From NCBI RefSeq assembly GCF_053078305.1, contig NZ_CP166879.1: DNA of 64,000 nucleotides, one strand, 5' to 3'. This document shows positions 19,949 to 31,678 of this stretch, one piece after another; the first letter of the stretch is position 1; every line of letters starts with the position of its first letter. The position numbers were made by a program, and so were the translations under genes. Under the pieces are notes generated by a model, which was not told the DNA's origin, searched no databases, and was given only the letters and a program-made list of their open reading frames with translations.

Positions 19949-20881
19949 ATGCTGAATAGCTGGCCTTTAGCCAAAGATTTGCAGGTACTGGTAGAAATCG
20001 TCCACAGCGGGAGTTTTAGCGCCGCAGCGGCGACGCTTGGGCAGACGCCCGCATTTGTCACCAAGCGGATCCAAATCCTTGAAAATACGTTGGCAACAAC
20101 GCTGCTGAACCGCTCCGCTCGCGGCGTGGCGCTGACTGAAAGTGGTCAACGTTGTTACGAACATGCGCTGGAAATCCTCACCCAATATCAGCGACTGGTC
20201 GATGACGTCACGCAAATCAAAACGCGCCCGGAGGGGATGATTCGTATTGGTTGCAGTTTTGGTTTTGGGCGCAGCCATATTGCGCCAGCCATTACCGAAC
20301 TGATGCGCAATTATCCTGAGTTACAGGTGCATTTTGAATTGTTCGATCGACAAATTGATTTAGTGCAGGATAATATTGATCTGGATATTCGTATTAATGA
20401 CGAAATTCCTGATTATTATATTGCGCATCTTTTGACAAAAAATAAAAGAATATTATGCGCAGCACCTGAGTATCTGCAAAAATATCCGCAGCCACAATCC
20501 CTACAGGAATTAAGTCGTCATGACTGTCTGGTGACCAAAGAGCGCGATATGACCCACGGAATATGGGAGTTGGGGAACGGTCAGGAGAAAAAATCGGTGA
20601 AGGTTAGCGGGCATCTTTCCTCCAATAGCGGCGAGATTGTGCTGCAATGGGCGCTGGAGGGCAAAGGGATTATGCTGCGTTCCGAGTGGGATGTGTTGCC
20701 GTTTCTGGAGAGTGGCAAACTGGTGCAAGTATTGCCGGAGTATGCACAAAGCGCCAATATCTGGGCTGTTTACCGGGAGCCGCTCTATCGCAGCATGAAA
20801 TTACGTGTCTGCGTGGAATTTCTGGCGGCATGGTGCCAGCAACGGCTGGGCAAACCCGATGAAGGCTATCAGGTCATGTAG
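19949..20881 (+). CDS. ttdR: LysR-family regulator of the ttd operon
   Basis: 310-aa ORF with an N-terminal HTH and a LysR substrate-binding domain, divergent to ttdA. Confidence 0.9.
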   Translation: MLNSWPLAKDLQVLVEIVHSGSFSAAAATLGQTPAFVTKRIQILENTLATTLLNRSARGVALTESGQRCYEHALEILTQYQRLVDDVTQIKTRPEGMIRIGCSFGFGRSHIAPAITELMRNYPELQVHFELFDRQIDLVQDNIDLDIRINDEIPDYYIAHLLTKNKRILCAAPEYLQKYPQPQSLQELSRHDCLVTKERDMTHGIWELGNGQEKKSVKVSGHLSSNSGEIVLQWALEGKGIMLRSEWDVLPFLESGKLVQVLPEYAQSANIWAVYREPLYRSMKLRVCVEFLAAWCQQRLGKPDEGYQVM

Positions 20882-20893
20882 ATCCACCAGAAA

Positions 20894-21511
20894 TCACTCG
20901 GGATCCTTTTCGCGCTTTCTTTTGAATTTCGTCCAGATTTTTGTCTCCTGACGACGCCACAGACGCTGGATGTTGTCATGATGACGCAGCAGGATCAGGC
21001 AAGAGAGCATCGAAACCGGGAAGGTGAATTGTGGCTTAAACCACCAGACATAAAACGGAGCAATCAGTGCACTGACAATCGCTCCCAGCGACGAGTATCC
21101 GCTCAATAGCACGGTCAGTAACCAGGTTCCCGCCATTACTCCGGTGAGATCCCAGCCAATGGGTGCGATGGCACCAAAAGCGGTAGCAACGCCTTTTCCT
21201 CCTTTAAATCCGAAGAAAACGGGCCAGATGTGTCCAAGACAGGCGGCGATGGCAATTAAGCCTAGCCAGAAGGGGCTGACACCTAATTCATACGCGCCCC
21301 AGACGGGCAACATTCCTTTCAGAACGTCGAAAATCAGTACTGCTACGGCTGCTCCCTTGCCACCGATACGTAACACATTGGTTGCGCCTGGATTGCCGGA
21401 GCCGCTGGTTCGCGGATCGGGCAGCCCACACAAGCGGCAAACCAGAATGGCACTGGAAATGGAGCCGCAGAGGTACGCGATGAGGATCATTCCAGGCGCG
21501 ATTGCACTCAT
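20894..21511 (-). CDS. plsY: Glycerol-3-phosphate acyltransferase PlsY
   Basis: 205-aa membrane protein (YgiH). Confidence 0.9.
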
Positions 21512-21615
21512 AAGCTGTTCCGTTTTGAAAATTCGTGTTCAACGATGAATCTGTGGATAATACGCACATTTCGCCGGAAGTGGTATCCGGTTAGCCAAAA
21601 AGCAGGCAGGACGTG

Positions 21616-21984
21616 ATGGATATTGTATTTATAGAGCAACTTTCGGTAATCACCACTATTGGTGTTTACGACTGGGAACAGACCATCGAACAGAAGTTAG
21701 TGTTCGATATCGAAATGGCGTGGGATAACCGTAAAGCGGCGAAAAGTGATGATGTGGCGGATTGCCTCAGCTACGCTGACATTGCAGAAACGGTGGTCAG
21801 CCACGTCGAGGGGGCACGTTTTGCGCTGGTGGAGCGCGTGGCGGAAGAGGTGGCGGAGCTGCTGTTAGCACGCTTCAACTCGCCGTGGGTGCGTATCAAA
21901 CTCAGCAAGCCAGGCGCAGTGGCGCGGGCGGCGAATGTTGGCGTAATCATTGAGCGTGGCAATAATCTGAAAGAAAATAATTAA
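21616..21984 (+). CDS. folB: Dihydroneopterin aldolase
   Basis: 122 aa from MDIVFIEQLSVITTIGVYDWEQ. Confidence 0.9.
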   Translation: MDIVFIEQLSVITTIGVYDWEQTIEQKLVFDIEMAWDNRKAAKSDDVADCLSYADIAETVVSHVEGARFALVERVAEEVAELLLARFNSPWVRIKLSKPGAVARAANVGVIIERGNNLKENN

Positions 21985-22074
21985 TTTTACAGCTGTTAAA
22001 CCAAACGGTTATAACCTGGTCATACTGCAGTAGTTCGGACAAGCGGTACATTTTAATAATTTAGGGGTTTATTG

Positions 22075-22896
22075 ATGAGCGATATGCACTCGCTGCTGAT
22101 AGCGGCAATATTGGGTGTGGTCGAAGGATTGACAGAATTTCTGCCGGTATCCAGCACGGGCCATATGATTATTGTCGGTCACTTGTTGGGGTTTGAGGGC
22201 GACACGGCGAAAACCTTTGAAGTTGTGATCCAGTTAGGATCAATTCTGGCGGTAGTAGTGATGTTCTGGCGGCGTCTGTTTGGCCTGATTGGCATCCACT
22301 TTGGCCGCCCGTTGCAGCACGAAGGAGAAAGCAAAGGTCGTTTAACGCTGATCCACATTTTGCTGGGGATGATTCCGGCGGTGGTACTGGGGCTGTTGTT
22401 CCACGACACGATTAAGTCATTGTTTAACCCGATAAATGTGATGTATGCGCTGGTCGTTGGCGGTTTGTTGCTGATTGCCGCCGAATGCCTGAAGCCGAGA
22501 GAGCCGCGTGCGCCGGGTCTTGATGATATGACCTATCGTCAGGCGTTTATGATTGGCTGTTTCCAGTGTCTGGCGCTGTGGCCGGGTTTCTCCCGTTCCG
22601 GGGCGACCATTTCAGGTGGGATGCTGATGGGGGTGAGCCGTTACGCTGCTTCCGAGTTTTCGTTCCTGCTGGCGGTGCCGATGATGATGGGCGCAACGGC
22701 GCTCGATCTCTACAAAAGCTGGGGCTTCCTGACAAGCGGCGATATCCCGATGTTTGCCGTTGGGTTTATCACCGCTTTTGTGGTGGCGCTGATAGCGATT
22801 AAAACCTTCCTGCAATTGATTAAGCGCATTTCGTTTATCCCGTTCGCCATTTATCGCTTTATTGTGGCGGCTGCGGTGTATGTCGTGTTCTTTTAA
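22075..22896 (+). CDS. uppP: Undecaprenyl-diphosphate phosphatase (BacA)
   Basis: 273 aa from [30 protein letters not shown]. Confidence 0.92.
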   Translation: MSDMHSLLIAAILGVVEGLTEFLPVSSTGHMIIVGHLLGFEGDTAKTFEVVIQLGSILAVVVMFWRRLFGLIGIHFGRPLQHEGESKGRLTLIHILLGMIPAVVLGLLFHDTIKSLFNPINVMYALVVGGLLLIAAECLKPREPRAPGLDDMTYRQAFMIGCFQCLALWPGFSRSGATISGGMLMGVSRYAASEFSFLLAVPMMMGATALDLYKSWGFLTSGDIPMFAVGFITAFVVALIAIKTFLQLIKRISFIPFAIYRFIVAAAVYVVFF

Positions 22897-22913
22897 TTGA
22901 GGAATAGTGTCGG

Positions 22914-23072
22914 ATGCCTGGCGTTGTCCACGATTGCGTAGGCCGAATAAGGCGTTCACGCCGCATCCGGCAATCAACGCCTGATGCGACGCTTGCGCGT
23001 CTTATCAGGCCTACAACTGTCGTTGACGTGTAGCCGGATAAGGCGTTTACGCCGCATCCGGCAAAATGCCCA
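22914..23072. repeat. BIME: cluster of REP elements between uppP and cca
   Basis: Two or three REP units (gccggataaggcgtttacgccgcatccggc and variants) in alternating orientation. Confidence 0.8.
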
Positions 23073-23076
23073 ATAC

Positions 23077-24315
23077 TCATTCAGGCTTTGGGCAACGTTG
23101 TTCCTTCCAGCTGGCTACCGCCGCAATCCGCCGTCGGGTCAGCTCCTCGCGAATCTCCACGCCTTTAAATCCCGCTTCAACGACGGCTTTTGTCGGCACT
23201 GACTGCGCCACTTCCCAGGCTTCGCGCAACCAACGGCCTTGCGGGTAGTCCGCTGATTCAAAACCGGTTCTGCCGCGCACGTCAGCCTCGCTGGTCAGCG
23301 CCAGTTGCTCGACACGCTGCGGTTTACGCCAGGCATCGATGGAATCAAATAATTTGACGATGGTTTTTGGGTTCAGCATTGGGAAGGTGTGGATGAGATC
23401 GTGAAACTCAGCCACCAGTCTGGCTAAATCGCGAATTTCATTTGGCACGCGCAGACGCTGGCATAGTTGTTCCACTAACTTAACACCCGCCGGGCCATGA
23501 CCATGATGACGCGGCCAGAGTTCTGGCGGCGTCAGTCCTTTACCGAGATCGTGGCATAAAGTTGCGAAACGGACATCGACCTGCGGACTCAGCATCGCCG
23601 CCATTGAGAGCGTCATTAAGGTATGAATACCCGTGTCGATTTCCGGATGCCACCTGGCAGGGGCCGGAACGCCAAACAGGGCGTCAATTTCCGGGAATAA
23701 AACGCGAAGTGCACCGCAATCGCGCAGTACCTGGAAGAACACCTGGGGATTGCTGGTGGTGAGGGCGCTTTCCGTCTCTTTCCACACCCGTTCAGGCGTC
23801 AGGTGTTCCAGTTCACCCGCATGGGTCATCTCGCGCATCAACGCCAGAGTTTCATCGGCAATACGAAAACCGAGGTGGGCATAACGCGCAGCAAAACGCG
23901 CCACGCGCAGTACGCGTAACGGATCTTCGCCAAAAGCGGGGGAAACATGGCGCAACAGACGATTTTGCAGATCGCCCAGACCGTTGTACGGGTCGATAAT
24001 CTCGCCGTTATCGTCCTGGGCCAGCGCATTAATGGTCAGATCGCGACGCTTAAGATCATCTTCCAGCGTGACATCCGGTGCGGCATAGCAGGTAAAACCG
24101 GTGTAACCGGAGCCGGATTTCCGTTCGGTACGTGCCAGCGCATACTCTTCATGCGTTTGCGGATGCAGAAACACAGGAAAATCGCGGCCTACCTGCTGGT
24201 AGCCCGCGTCGAGCATCTCCTGTGGCGTACTGCCGACCACTACCCAATCTCTGTCTTTGACCGGTAGCCCTAACAATGCATCCCGAACAGCACCACCGAC
24301 CAGATAAATCTTCAC
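23077..24315 (-). CDS. cca: tRNA nucleotidyltransferase (CCA-adding enzyme)
   Basis: 412-aa [31 protein letters not shown], with an HD domain. Confidence 0.95.
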   Translation of the reverse strand: MKIYLVGGAVRDALLGLPVKDRDWVVVGSTPQEMLDAGYQQVGRDFPVFLHPQTHEEYALARTERKSGSGYTGFTCYAAPDVTLEDDLKRRDLTINALAQDDNGEIIDPYNGLGDLQNRLLRHVSPAFGEDPLRVLRVARFAARYAHLGFRIADETLALMREMTHAGELEHLTPERVWKETESALTTSNPQVFFQVLRDCGALRVLFPEIDALFGVPAPARWHPEIDTGIHTLMTLSMAAMLSPQVDVRFATLCHDLGKGLTPPELWPRHHGHGPAGVKLVEQLCQRLRVPNEIRDLARLVAEFHDLIHTFPMLNPKTIVKLFDSIDAWRKPQRVEQLALTSEADVRGRTGFESADYPQGRWLREAWEVAQSVPTKAVVEAGFKGVEIREELTRRRIAAVASWKEQRCPKPE

Positions 24316-24378
24316 GCCATCATCCCTTCGTCAAATACACAATTCCTAATAATAAGACAGTGCAACGAAGAAGGCGAT

Positions 24379-24999
24379 TTAGTTCATCCAGCGATCTTTG
24401 CGTTTGCGGCTTGGGATCAGGTGCGGCAGTACCAGACCGAGCAGCAAGCCAAGCCCCAGCACGCCGCCGCCATACATAAACCATTGCATGATGATGGTGC
24501 GCTGTTTGTCATCCAGCTGTACGCTGGCGGCATCGACCTTTTTCTGCGCGACAATCAGCTCGTTTTTCAGTTTCTGATTTTCTTCTTTTAACCCATTGAT
24601 CACGCTGTCGCTCTGCGCCACTTTTTGCTGCATTTCTGCGGTGCGCTGATTCCAGGTGTTATCGATATTGGTGAGTTTATCGGTCAGGGTTTTGACCTGA
24701 TTTTCCAGATCTGGCACACGGGAGCGCAGGCTTGGCTCAGTGCTAAGTTGTTTCAACGGGATCCAGGCGGTACGGCCAGAGCTGTCTTTCACCTGGGCAT
24801 AATTGGTGTTGGCGTCAGTTTGTAATAAGGTCACTTCCTCGCCGGCGTTAACCGTGCCCACGAGGCGATAATGATCTCCCGGACCGCTGCGGACCCAGGT
24901 ATTCAGTTCGTCGGAAACATAGCGCGTTTCTTCAGCGTGTGAGACGGCAGTCGCGCTAAGTGCGAGTAAAGTTAATCCGATCAGGCGTAATTTTGGCAT
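24379..24999 (-). CDS. ygiM: SH3-domain membrane protein YgiM
   Basis: 206-aa ORF with a signal peptide, a coiled coil and a C-terminal transmembrane segment. Confidence 0.85.
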   Translation of the reverse strand: MPKLRLIGLTLLALSATAVSHAEETRYVSDELNTWVRSGPGDHYRLVGTVNAGEEVTLLQTDANTNYAQVKDSSGRTAWIPLKQLSTEPSLRSRVPDLENQVKTLTDKLTNIDNTWNQRTAEMQQKVAQSDSVINGLKEENQKLKNELIVAQKKVDAASVQLDDKQRTIIMQWFMYGGGVLGLGLLLGLVLPHLIPSRKRKDRWMN

Positions 25000-25240
25000 C
25001 AGGCTGTCGTTATTGTCATGGAAAGTGGAACGATAGTAGTGGCATCAGTGTCGCTACGCAAAGCATTCGACATCAATCGGAATCCTCTGTGTCAGGTCTT
25101 GCCACTGCTTCAAACTTTTACGCCCGTCAAATTGCCCGTTGCATGGCAATTTGGCGCAAAATACTATCTACTGACAAAAAAGATCGCATTAAGTTCGCCG
25201 TTCATCGTCACTTATGTGACATAACCGATAAGTAAAGGCC

Positions 25241-26542
25241 ATGGCTCAGGAAATCGAATTAAAGTTTATTGTTAATCACAGTGCCGTTGAGGCGTTGCGT
25301 GACCATCTCAATACGCTGGGCGGCGAGCACCATGACCCCGTGCAGTTGCTGAATATTTACTACGAAACGCCGGATAACTGGCTGCGTGGGCACGATATGG
25401 GCTTACGTATTCGTGGCGAAAACGGTCGCTATGAGATGACCATGAAAGTTGCAGGAAGAGTGACAGGCGGCTTACACCAGCGCCCGGAATATAACGTGGC
25501 GTTGAGCGAACCGACGCTCGACCTGGCGCAGTTTCCCTCGGAAGTCTGGCCGAACGGCGAATTGCCCGCCGATCTCGCTTCCCGCGTACAACCGCTGTTC
25601 AGCACCGATTTTTATCGCGAAAAATGGCTGGTGGCGGTCGATGGCAGCCGAATTGAAATCGCTCTCGATCAGGGTGAGGTGAAAGCGGGGGAATTTGCTG
25701 AACCTATCTGTGAGCTGGAACTGGAGCTGCTTAGCGGCGACACGCGCGCGGTGCTGAAACTGGCGAACCAACTGGTATCGCAAATCGGATTACGCCAGGG
25801 CAGCCTGAGCAAAGCGGCGCGTGGCTATCATCTGGCGCAGGGCAATCCGGCGCGTGAAATCAAACCGACCACCATTTTGCATGTTGCGGCAAAAGCCGAT
25901 GTGGAACAGGGGCTGGAAGCGGCGCTCGAGCTGGCGTTAGCGCAATGGCAGTATCATGAAGAACTGTGGGTACGCGGCAACGATGCGGCGAAAGAACAGG
26001 TGCTGGCAGCCATTAGCCTGGTCCGTCATACGCTGATGCTGTTCGGTGGTATTGTGCCGCGTAAAGCGAGCACTCACTTACGTGATTTGCTGACCCAATG
26101 CGAAGCGACCATTGCTTCTGCGGTTTCTGCCGTGACGGCGGTCTACTCTACCGAAACGGCAATGGCGAAGCTGGCGTTGACCGAATGGTTGGTAAGCAAA
26201 GCATGGCAGCCATTTTTAGATGCCAAAGCGCAGGGCAAAATCAGCGACTCCTTCAAACGCTTTGCCGATATCCATCTTTCCCGCCATGCCGCTGAACTGA
26301 AAAGCGTTTTCTGCCAGCCGTTAGGCGATCGCTACCGTGACCAGTTGCCACGCCTGACGCGTGATATTGACTCAATACTGTTGCTGGCGGGTTACTATGA
26401 TCCTGTCGTCGCGCAAGCCTGGCTGGAGAACTGGCAGGGGCTGCATCACGCTATTGCGACCGGGCAACGCATCGAAATTGAACATTTCCGTAATGAGGCA
26501 AACAATCAGGAACCGTTCTGGTTGCACAGCGGAAAACGTTAA
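25241..26542 (+). CDS. ygiF: Inorganic triphosphatase (CYTH/CHAD)
   Basis: 433-aa [16 protein letters not shown]..., with the CYTH EXEXK motif. Confidence 0.9.
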   Translation: MAQEIELKFIVNHSAVEALRDHLNTLGGEHHDPVQLLNIYYETPDNWLRGHDMGLRIRGENGRYEMTMKVAGRVTGGLHQRPEYNVALSEPTLDLAQFPSEVWPNGELPADLASRVQPLFSTDFYREKWLVAVDGSRIEIALDQGEVKAGEFAEPICELELELLSGDTRAVLKLANQLVSQIGLRQGSLSKAARGYHLAQGNPAREIKPTTILHVAAKADVEQGLEAALELALAQWQYHEELWVRGNDAAKEQVLAAISLVRHTLMLFGGIVPRKASTHLRDLLTQCEATIASAVSAVTAVYSTETAMAKLALTEWLVSKAWQPFLDAKAQGKISDSFKRFADIHLSRHAAELKSVFCQPLGDRYRDQLPRLTRDIDSILLLAGYYDPVVAQAWLENWQGLHHAIATGQRIEIEHFRNEANNQEPFWLHSGKR

Positions 26543-26564
26543 TCAGGCAAGGATAAAATCGCTT

Positions 26565-29405
26565 ATGAAGCCGCTCTCTTCACCGTTACAGCAGTACTGG
26601 CAGACCGTTGTTGAGCGGCTGCCAGAGCCTTTAGCCGAGGAATCACTTAGCGCACAGGCGAAGTCAGTACTTACTTTCAGTGATTTTGTGCAGGACAGCG
26701 TGATTGCGCATCCAGAGTGGCTGACGGAACTGGAAAGCCAACCGCCGCAGGCCGACGAATGGCAGCATTACGCGGCATGGTTGCAGGAGGCGCTCAGTAA
26801 TGTGAGTGACGAAGCCGGGTTAATGCGCGAGCTGCGGCTGTTCCGTCGGCGCATCATGGTACGTATCGCCTGGGCGCAAACGCTGGCACTGGTTACTGAA
26901 GAGAGCATATTGCAGCAGCTCAGCTATCTGGCGGAGACGCTGATTGTTGCGGCGCGTGACTGGCTATATGACGCCTGCTGCCGCGAGTGGGGAACGCCGT
27001 GCAATGCGCAGGGCGAAGCGCAACCGCTGCTGATTTTAGGCATGGGTAAGCTGGGCGGCGGGGAACTGAATTTCTCCTCTGATATCGATCTGATTTTTGC
27101 CTGGCCGGAACATGGTTGTACGCAGGGGGGACGCCGGGAACTGGATAACGCGCAGTTTTTTACCCGCATGGGGCAGCGGCTGATTAAAGTGCTGGATCAA
27201 CCAACGCAGGATGGCTTCGTCTATCGCGTGGATATGCGGCTGCGTCCGTTTGGCGAAAGTGGCCCGCTGGTGCTGAGCTTTGCCGCGTTGGAAGATTATT
27301 ACCAGGAGCAGGGGCGCGACTGGGAGCGTTACGCGATGGTCAAGGCGCGTATTATGGGCGATAGCGACGGCGTCTATGCTAACGAGTTGCGTGCGATGCT
27401 GCGCCCGTTTGTTTTCCGTCGTTACATCGATTTCAGCGTGATTCAGTCGCTGCGCAACATGAAAGGGATGATTGCCCGTGAAGTGCGTCGACGTGGTTTG
27501 ACCGACAATATCAAACTCGGCGCAGGCGGCATTCGCGAAATTGAATTTATCGTTCAGGTGTTCCAGCTCATTCGCGGCGGGCGCGAACCGTCGCTGCAAT
27601 CGCGCTCTTTACTGCCAACGCTCAGCGCCATTGCCGAGCTGCATCTGCTTTCTGAAAACGATGCTGAACAATTGCGAGTGGCGTATCTGTTCCTGCGGCG
27701 TCTGGAAAACCTGCTGCAGAGCATTAACGACGAACAAACCCAGACGCTTCCTTCTGATGAGCTTAACCGTGCGCGGCTGGCGTGGGCGATGGACTTTGCT
27801 GACTGGCAGCAACTGACTGGGGCGCTGACCGGACATATGACCAATGTGCGCCGGGTGTTTAATGAATTGATTGGCGACGACGAAAGTGAAACTCAGGAAG
27901 AGTCGCTGTCGGAACAGTGGCGTGAGCTGTGGCAGGACGCGTTGCAGGAAGATGACACTACACCAGTGCTGGCGCATCTTAGCGAGGACGATCGCAAACA
28001 GGTGCTGACGCTGATTGCTGATTTCCGCAAAGAACTGGATAAGCGCACTATCGGGCCACGCGGGCGTCAGGTGCTCGACCATCTGATGCCGCATCTGCTA
28101 AGTGATGTCTGTGCGCGTGAAGACGCTGCCGTTACGCTGTCGCGCATTACCGCCTTGCTGGTGGGGATTGTTACCCGCACCACCTATTTAGAATTGCTCA
28201 GTGAATTCCCCGCGGCGCTTAAACATTTGATTTCTCTGTGTGCCGCGTCGCCGATGATTGCCAGCCAGCTGGCGCGTTATCCATTATTGCTGGATGAATT
28301 GCTCGATCCAAACACCCTTTACCAGCCGACGGCGACCGATGCCTACCGCGATGAGTTGCGCCAGTATTTGCTGCGCGTGCCGGAAGATGACGAAGAGCAA
28401 CAGCTTGAGGCGCTGCGTCAGTTCAAACAGGCGCAGCTGTTACGCATTGCGGCAGCGGATATCGCCGGTACGCTGCCGGTAATGAAAGTGAGCGATCACT
28501 TAACCTGGCTGGCGGAAGCCATGATTGACGCCGTTGTTCAGCAGGCGTGGGTTCAAATGGTTGCCCGCTACGGTAAGCCAAATCACCTGAACGATCGCGA
28601 AGGGCGTGGTTTTGCGGTGGTCGGCTACGGCAAGCTGGGCGGCTGGGAGTTAGGCTACAGTTCCGATCTTGACCTTATCTTCCTCCATGATTGCCCAATG
28701 GATGCGATGACTGACGGTGAGCGGGAAATCGACGGGCGGCAGTTTTATCTGCGTCTGGCGCAACGCATTATGCATCTGTTCAGTACGCGTACCTCTTCCG
28801 GCATTTTGTATGAAGTGGATGCTCGACTGCGTCCGTCCGGGGCGGCGGGAATGCTGGTGACATCCGCAGAAGCATTTGCCGATTATCAGAAAAACGAGGC
28901 CTGGACGTGGGAACATCAGGCGCTGGTGCGTGCACGTGTAGTGTACGGCGATCCGCAGCTCACCGCGCACTTTGACGCGGTGCGTCGTGAGATTATGGCG
29001 CTGCCGCGCGAAGGCAAAACCCTGCAAACAGAAGTGCGGGAAATGCGCGAGAAAATGCGCGCTCATCTCGGCAATAAACATCGCGATCGCTTTGATATCA
29101 AAGCCGATGAAGGCGGAATTACCGATATCGAATTTATTACCCAATATCTGGTGTTGCGCTACGCTCATGAAAAACCGAAGTTAACGCGCTGGTCAGACAA
29201 CGTGCGCATTCTGGAACTGCTGGCACAAAACGACATTATGGAAGAGCAGGAAGCGATGGCGCTGACCCGTGCTTACACGACGCTTCGCGATGAACTTCAT
29301 CATCTGGCATTACAGGAATTGCCGGGCCATGTGTCGGAGGATTGCTTCACCGCAGAGCGTGAACTGGTGCGGGCAAGCTGGCAGAAGTGGCTGGTGGAAG
29401 AATGA
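26565..29405 (+). CDS. glnE: Glutamine synthetase adenylyltransferase/adenylyl-removing enzyme
   Basis: 946 aa from [21 protein letters not shown]. The ORF-track start at 26361 is an in-frame upstream extension overlapping ygiF. Confidence 0.93.
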   Translation: MKPLSSPLQQYWQTVVERLPEPLAEESLSAQAKSVLTFSDFVQDSVIAHPEWLTELESQPPQADEWQHYAAWLQEALSNVSDEAGLMRELRLFRRRIMVRIAWAQTLALVTEESILQQLSYLAETLIVAARDWLYDACCREWGTPCNAQGEAQPLLILGMGKLGGGELNFSSDIDLIFAWPEHGCTQGGRRELDNAQFFTRMGQRLIKVLDQPTQDGFVYRVDMRLRPFGESGPLVLSFAALEDYYQEQGRDWERYAMVKARIMGDSDGVYANELRAMLRPFVFRRYIDFSVIQSLRNMKGMIAREVRRRGLTDNIKLGAGGIREIEFIVQVFQLIRGGREPSLQSRSLLPTLSAIAELHLLSENDAEQLRVAYLFLRRLENLLQSINDEQTQTLPSDELNRARLAWAMDFADWQQLTGALTGHMTNVRRVFNELIGDDESETQEESLSEQWRELWQDALQEDDTTPVLAHLSEDDRKQVLTLIADFRKELDKRTIGPRGRQVLDHLMPHLLSDVCAREDAAVTLSRITALLVGIVTRTTYLELLSEFPAALKHLISLCAASPMIASQLARYPLLLDELLDPNTLYQPTATDAYRDELRQYLLRVPEDDEEQQLEALRQFKQAQLLRIAAADIAGTLPVMKVSDHLTWLAEAMIDAVVQQAWVQMVARYGKPNHLNDREGRGFAVVGYGKLGGWELGYSSDLDLIFLHDCPMDAMTDGEREIDGRQFYLRLAQRIMHLFSTRTSSGILYEVDARLRPSGAAGMLVTSAEAFADYQKNEAWTWEHQALVRARVVYGDPQLTAHFDAVRREIMALPREGKTLQTEVREMREKMRAHLGNKHRDRFDIKADEGGITDIEFITQYLVLRYAHEKPKLTRWSDNVRILELLAQNDIMEEQEAMALTRAYTTLRDELHHLALQELPGHVSEDCFTAERELVRASWQKWLVEE

Positions 29406-29452
29406 AGTATGGTATTATCGCGCGCAAATTTTGAATCTCTCAGGAGACAGGA

Positions 29453-30886
29453 ATGAAAGTAACGCTGCCAGAGTTTGAACGAGCAGGAGTGATGGTGGTT
29501 GGTGATGTGATGCTGGATCGTTACTGGTACGGTCCCACCAGCCGTATCTCGCCGGAAGCGCCGGTGCCCGTGGTTAAAGTGAATACCATCGAAGAACGCC
29601 CGGGCGGCGCGGCTAACGTGGCGATGAATATCGCTTCTCTCGGTGCTAATGCACGTCTGGTCGGGTTGACGGGCATTGACGATGCAGCGCGCGCGCTGAG
29701 TAAATCTCTGGCCGACGTCAACGTCAAATGCGACTTCGTTTCTGTACCGACGCATCCGACCATCACCAAATTACGGGTACTTTCCCGCAACCAACAGCTG
29801 ATCCGTCTGGATTTTGAAGAAGGTTTCGAAGGTGTTGATCCGCAGCCGCTGCACGAGCGGATTAATCAGGCGCTGAGTTCGATTGGCGCGCTGGTGCTTT
29901 CTGACTACGCCAAAGGTGCGCTGGCAAGCGTACAGCAGATGATCCAACTGGCGCGTAAAGCGGGCGTTCCGGTGCTGATTGATCCAAAAGGTACCGATTT
30001 TGAGCGCTACCGCGGCGCTACGCTGTTAACGCCGAATCTCTCGGAATTTGAAGCTGTTGTCGGTAAATGTAAGACCGAAGAAGAGATTGTTGAGCGCGGC
30101 ATGAAACTGATTGCCGATTACGAACTCTCGGCTCTGTTAGTGACCCGTTCCGAACAGGGTATGTCGCTGCTGCAACCGGGTAAAGCGCCGCTGCATATGC
30201 CAACCCAGGCGCAGGAAGTGTATGACGTTACCGGTGCGGGCGACACGGTGATTGGCGTCCTGGCGGCAACGCTGGCAGCGGGTAATTCGCTGGAAGAAGC
30301 CTGCTTCTTTGCCAATGCGGCGGCTGGCGTGGTGGTCGGCAAACTGGGAACCTCCACGGTTTCGCCGATCGAGCTGGAAAACGCTGTACGTGGACGCGCA
30401 GATACCGGCTTTGGCGTGATGACCGAAGAGGAACTGAAGCTGGCTGTAGCGGCAGCGCGTAAACGTGGTGAAAAAGTGGTAATGACCAACGGTGTCTTCG
30501 ATATCCTACATGCCGGGCACGTCTCTTATCTGGCAAATGCCCGCAAGCTGGGTGACCGCTTGATTGTTGCCGTCAACAGCGATGCCTCCACCAAACGGCT
30601 GAAAGGGGATTCCCGCCCGGTAAACCCACTCGAACAGCGTATGATTGTGCTGGGCGCACTGGAAGCGGTCGACTGGGTAGTGTCGTTTGAAGAAGACACG
30701 CCGCAGCGTCTGATCGCCGGGATCCTGCCAGACCTGCTGGTGAAAGGCGGTGACTACAAACCGGAAGAGATCGCCGGGAGTAAAGAAGTCTGGGCCAACG
30801 GCGGCGAAGTGTTGGTGCTCAACTTTGAAGACGGTTGCTCGACCACTAACATTATCAAGAAGATCCAACAGGATAAAAAAGGCTAA
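29453..30886 (+). CDS. hldE: Bifunctional heptose 7-phosphate kinase/heptose 1-phosphate adenylyltransferase
   Basis: 477-aa [30 protein letters not shown] (RfaE). Confidence 0.95.
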
Positions 30887-30965
30887 CCGGAAAGCGGTTC
30901 ACAGATCTCGCTTCGTACATGGCAGGCCTATTGACGCTGTTGTTTTTTCAACCTAGAGTAAAGGA

Positions 30966-31110
30966 ACAAGGGTAAGGGAGGATTTCTCCCCCCTCTGATG
31001 AGTTGTTAGTAAGTCGGGAAACTTAACAGTAACAACACAACCAGTATGATGACGAGCTTCATCATAACCCTTTCCTTCTATAAGGCCCCTTCCTCGGGAG
31101 GGGCTTTCCC
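30966..31110 (+). ncRNA. sibD: SibD antisense sRNA (type I antitoxin of IbsD); boundaries approximate
   Basis: Candidate -35 TTGACG (30931-36) and -10 TAGAGT (30954-59). The terminator ggcccct-tcctcggg-aggggcttt lies at about 31085-31107. It fully overlaps ibsD on the opposite strand, and the K-12 location between hldE and yqiK matches. Confidence 0.7.
31006..31065 (-). CDS. ibsD: IbsD type I toxin, 19-aa hydrophobic peptide
   Basis: The minus strand ATGATGAAGCTCGTCATCATACTGGTTGTGTTGTTACTGTTAAGTTTCCCGACTTACTAA translates to MMKLVIILVVLLLLSFPTY. Confidence 0.8.
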   Translation of the reverse strand: MMKLVIILVVLLLLSFPTY

Positions 31111-31341
31111 GTTTCAGCCCCTTGCTGACTCCCCGATTGTTGATGAGCGCCGGACCCCGCGCAACGCTTTCCCTGAAGCAGTTTTGCCTTCCCCGAGCGG
31201 TCACGCAAAACGCTGCAACGTCCTGAGCATTTGCACCTTTTAGCGGAACGCAGATATAAAAAATCCCCGGCTTTTTGGGCCAGGGATATGCGTTAATGAA
31301 ACCTTCTTGACGCTGATTTTTTTTCAACCTAAAGTAAAGGA

Positions 31342-31485
31342 ACAAGGGTGAGGGAGGATTTCTCCCCCTCTGATTGGCTGTTAATAAGCTGCGAAACTTA
31401 CGAGTAACAACACAATCAGTATGATGACGAGCTTCATCATAACCCTTTCCTTATACAAGGCCCCTTCTTCGGGAGGGGCTTTCCC
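31342..31485 (+). ncRNA. sibE: SibE antisense sRNA (antitoxin of IbsE); boundaries approximate
   Basis: Second copy of the roughly 375-bp repeat unit, with -35 TTGACG (31307-12), -10 TAAAGT (31330-35) and the same terminator hairpin at about 31458-31483. Confidence 0.7.
31381..31440 (-). CDS. ibsE: IbsE type I toxin, 19-aa peptide
   Basis: The minus strand translates to MMKLVIILIVLLLVSFAAY. Confidence 0.8.
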   Translation of the reverse strand: MMKLVIILIVLLLVSFAAY

Positions 31486-31678
31486 GTTTCAGCCCCTTGC
31501 TGACTTCCCGATTGTTGATGAGTGCCGGATCCCGCGCAATGCTTTCCCTGTGGCAGTTTTGCCTTCCCCGAGCGGTCACGCAAAACGCTGCAACGTCCTG
31601 AGCATTTGCACCTTTTAGCGGAACGCAGATATAAAAAATCCCCGGCTTTTTGGGCCAGGGATGTTCATAGCTGAAAAT

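Noticed and set aside
26361-26564. Long upstream extension of glnE overlapping ygiF
   Set aside because: In-frame read-through of the ORF caller. The conserved GlnE N-terminus starts at [12 protein letters not shown] (26565), immediately after the ygiF stop.
31046-31618. Duplicated 65-aa plus-strand ORFs (MMTSFIITLS...)
   Set aside because: They are the reverse-frame reading of the ibsD and ibsE loci. The real products are the 19-aa minus-strand toxins and the plus-strand Sib RNAs.
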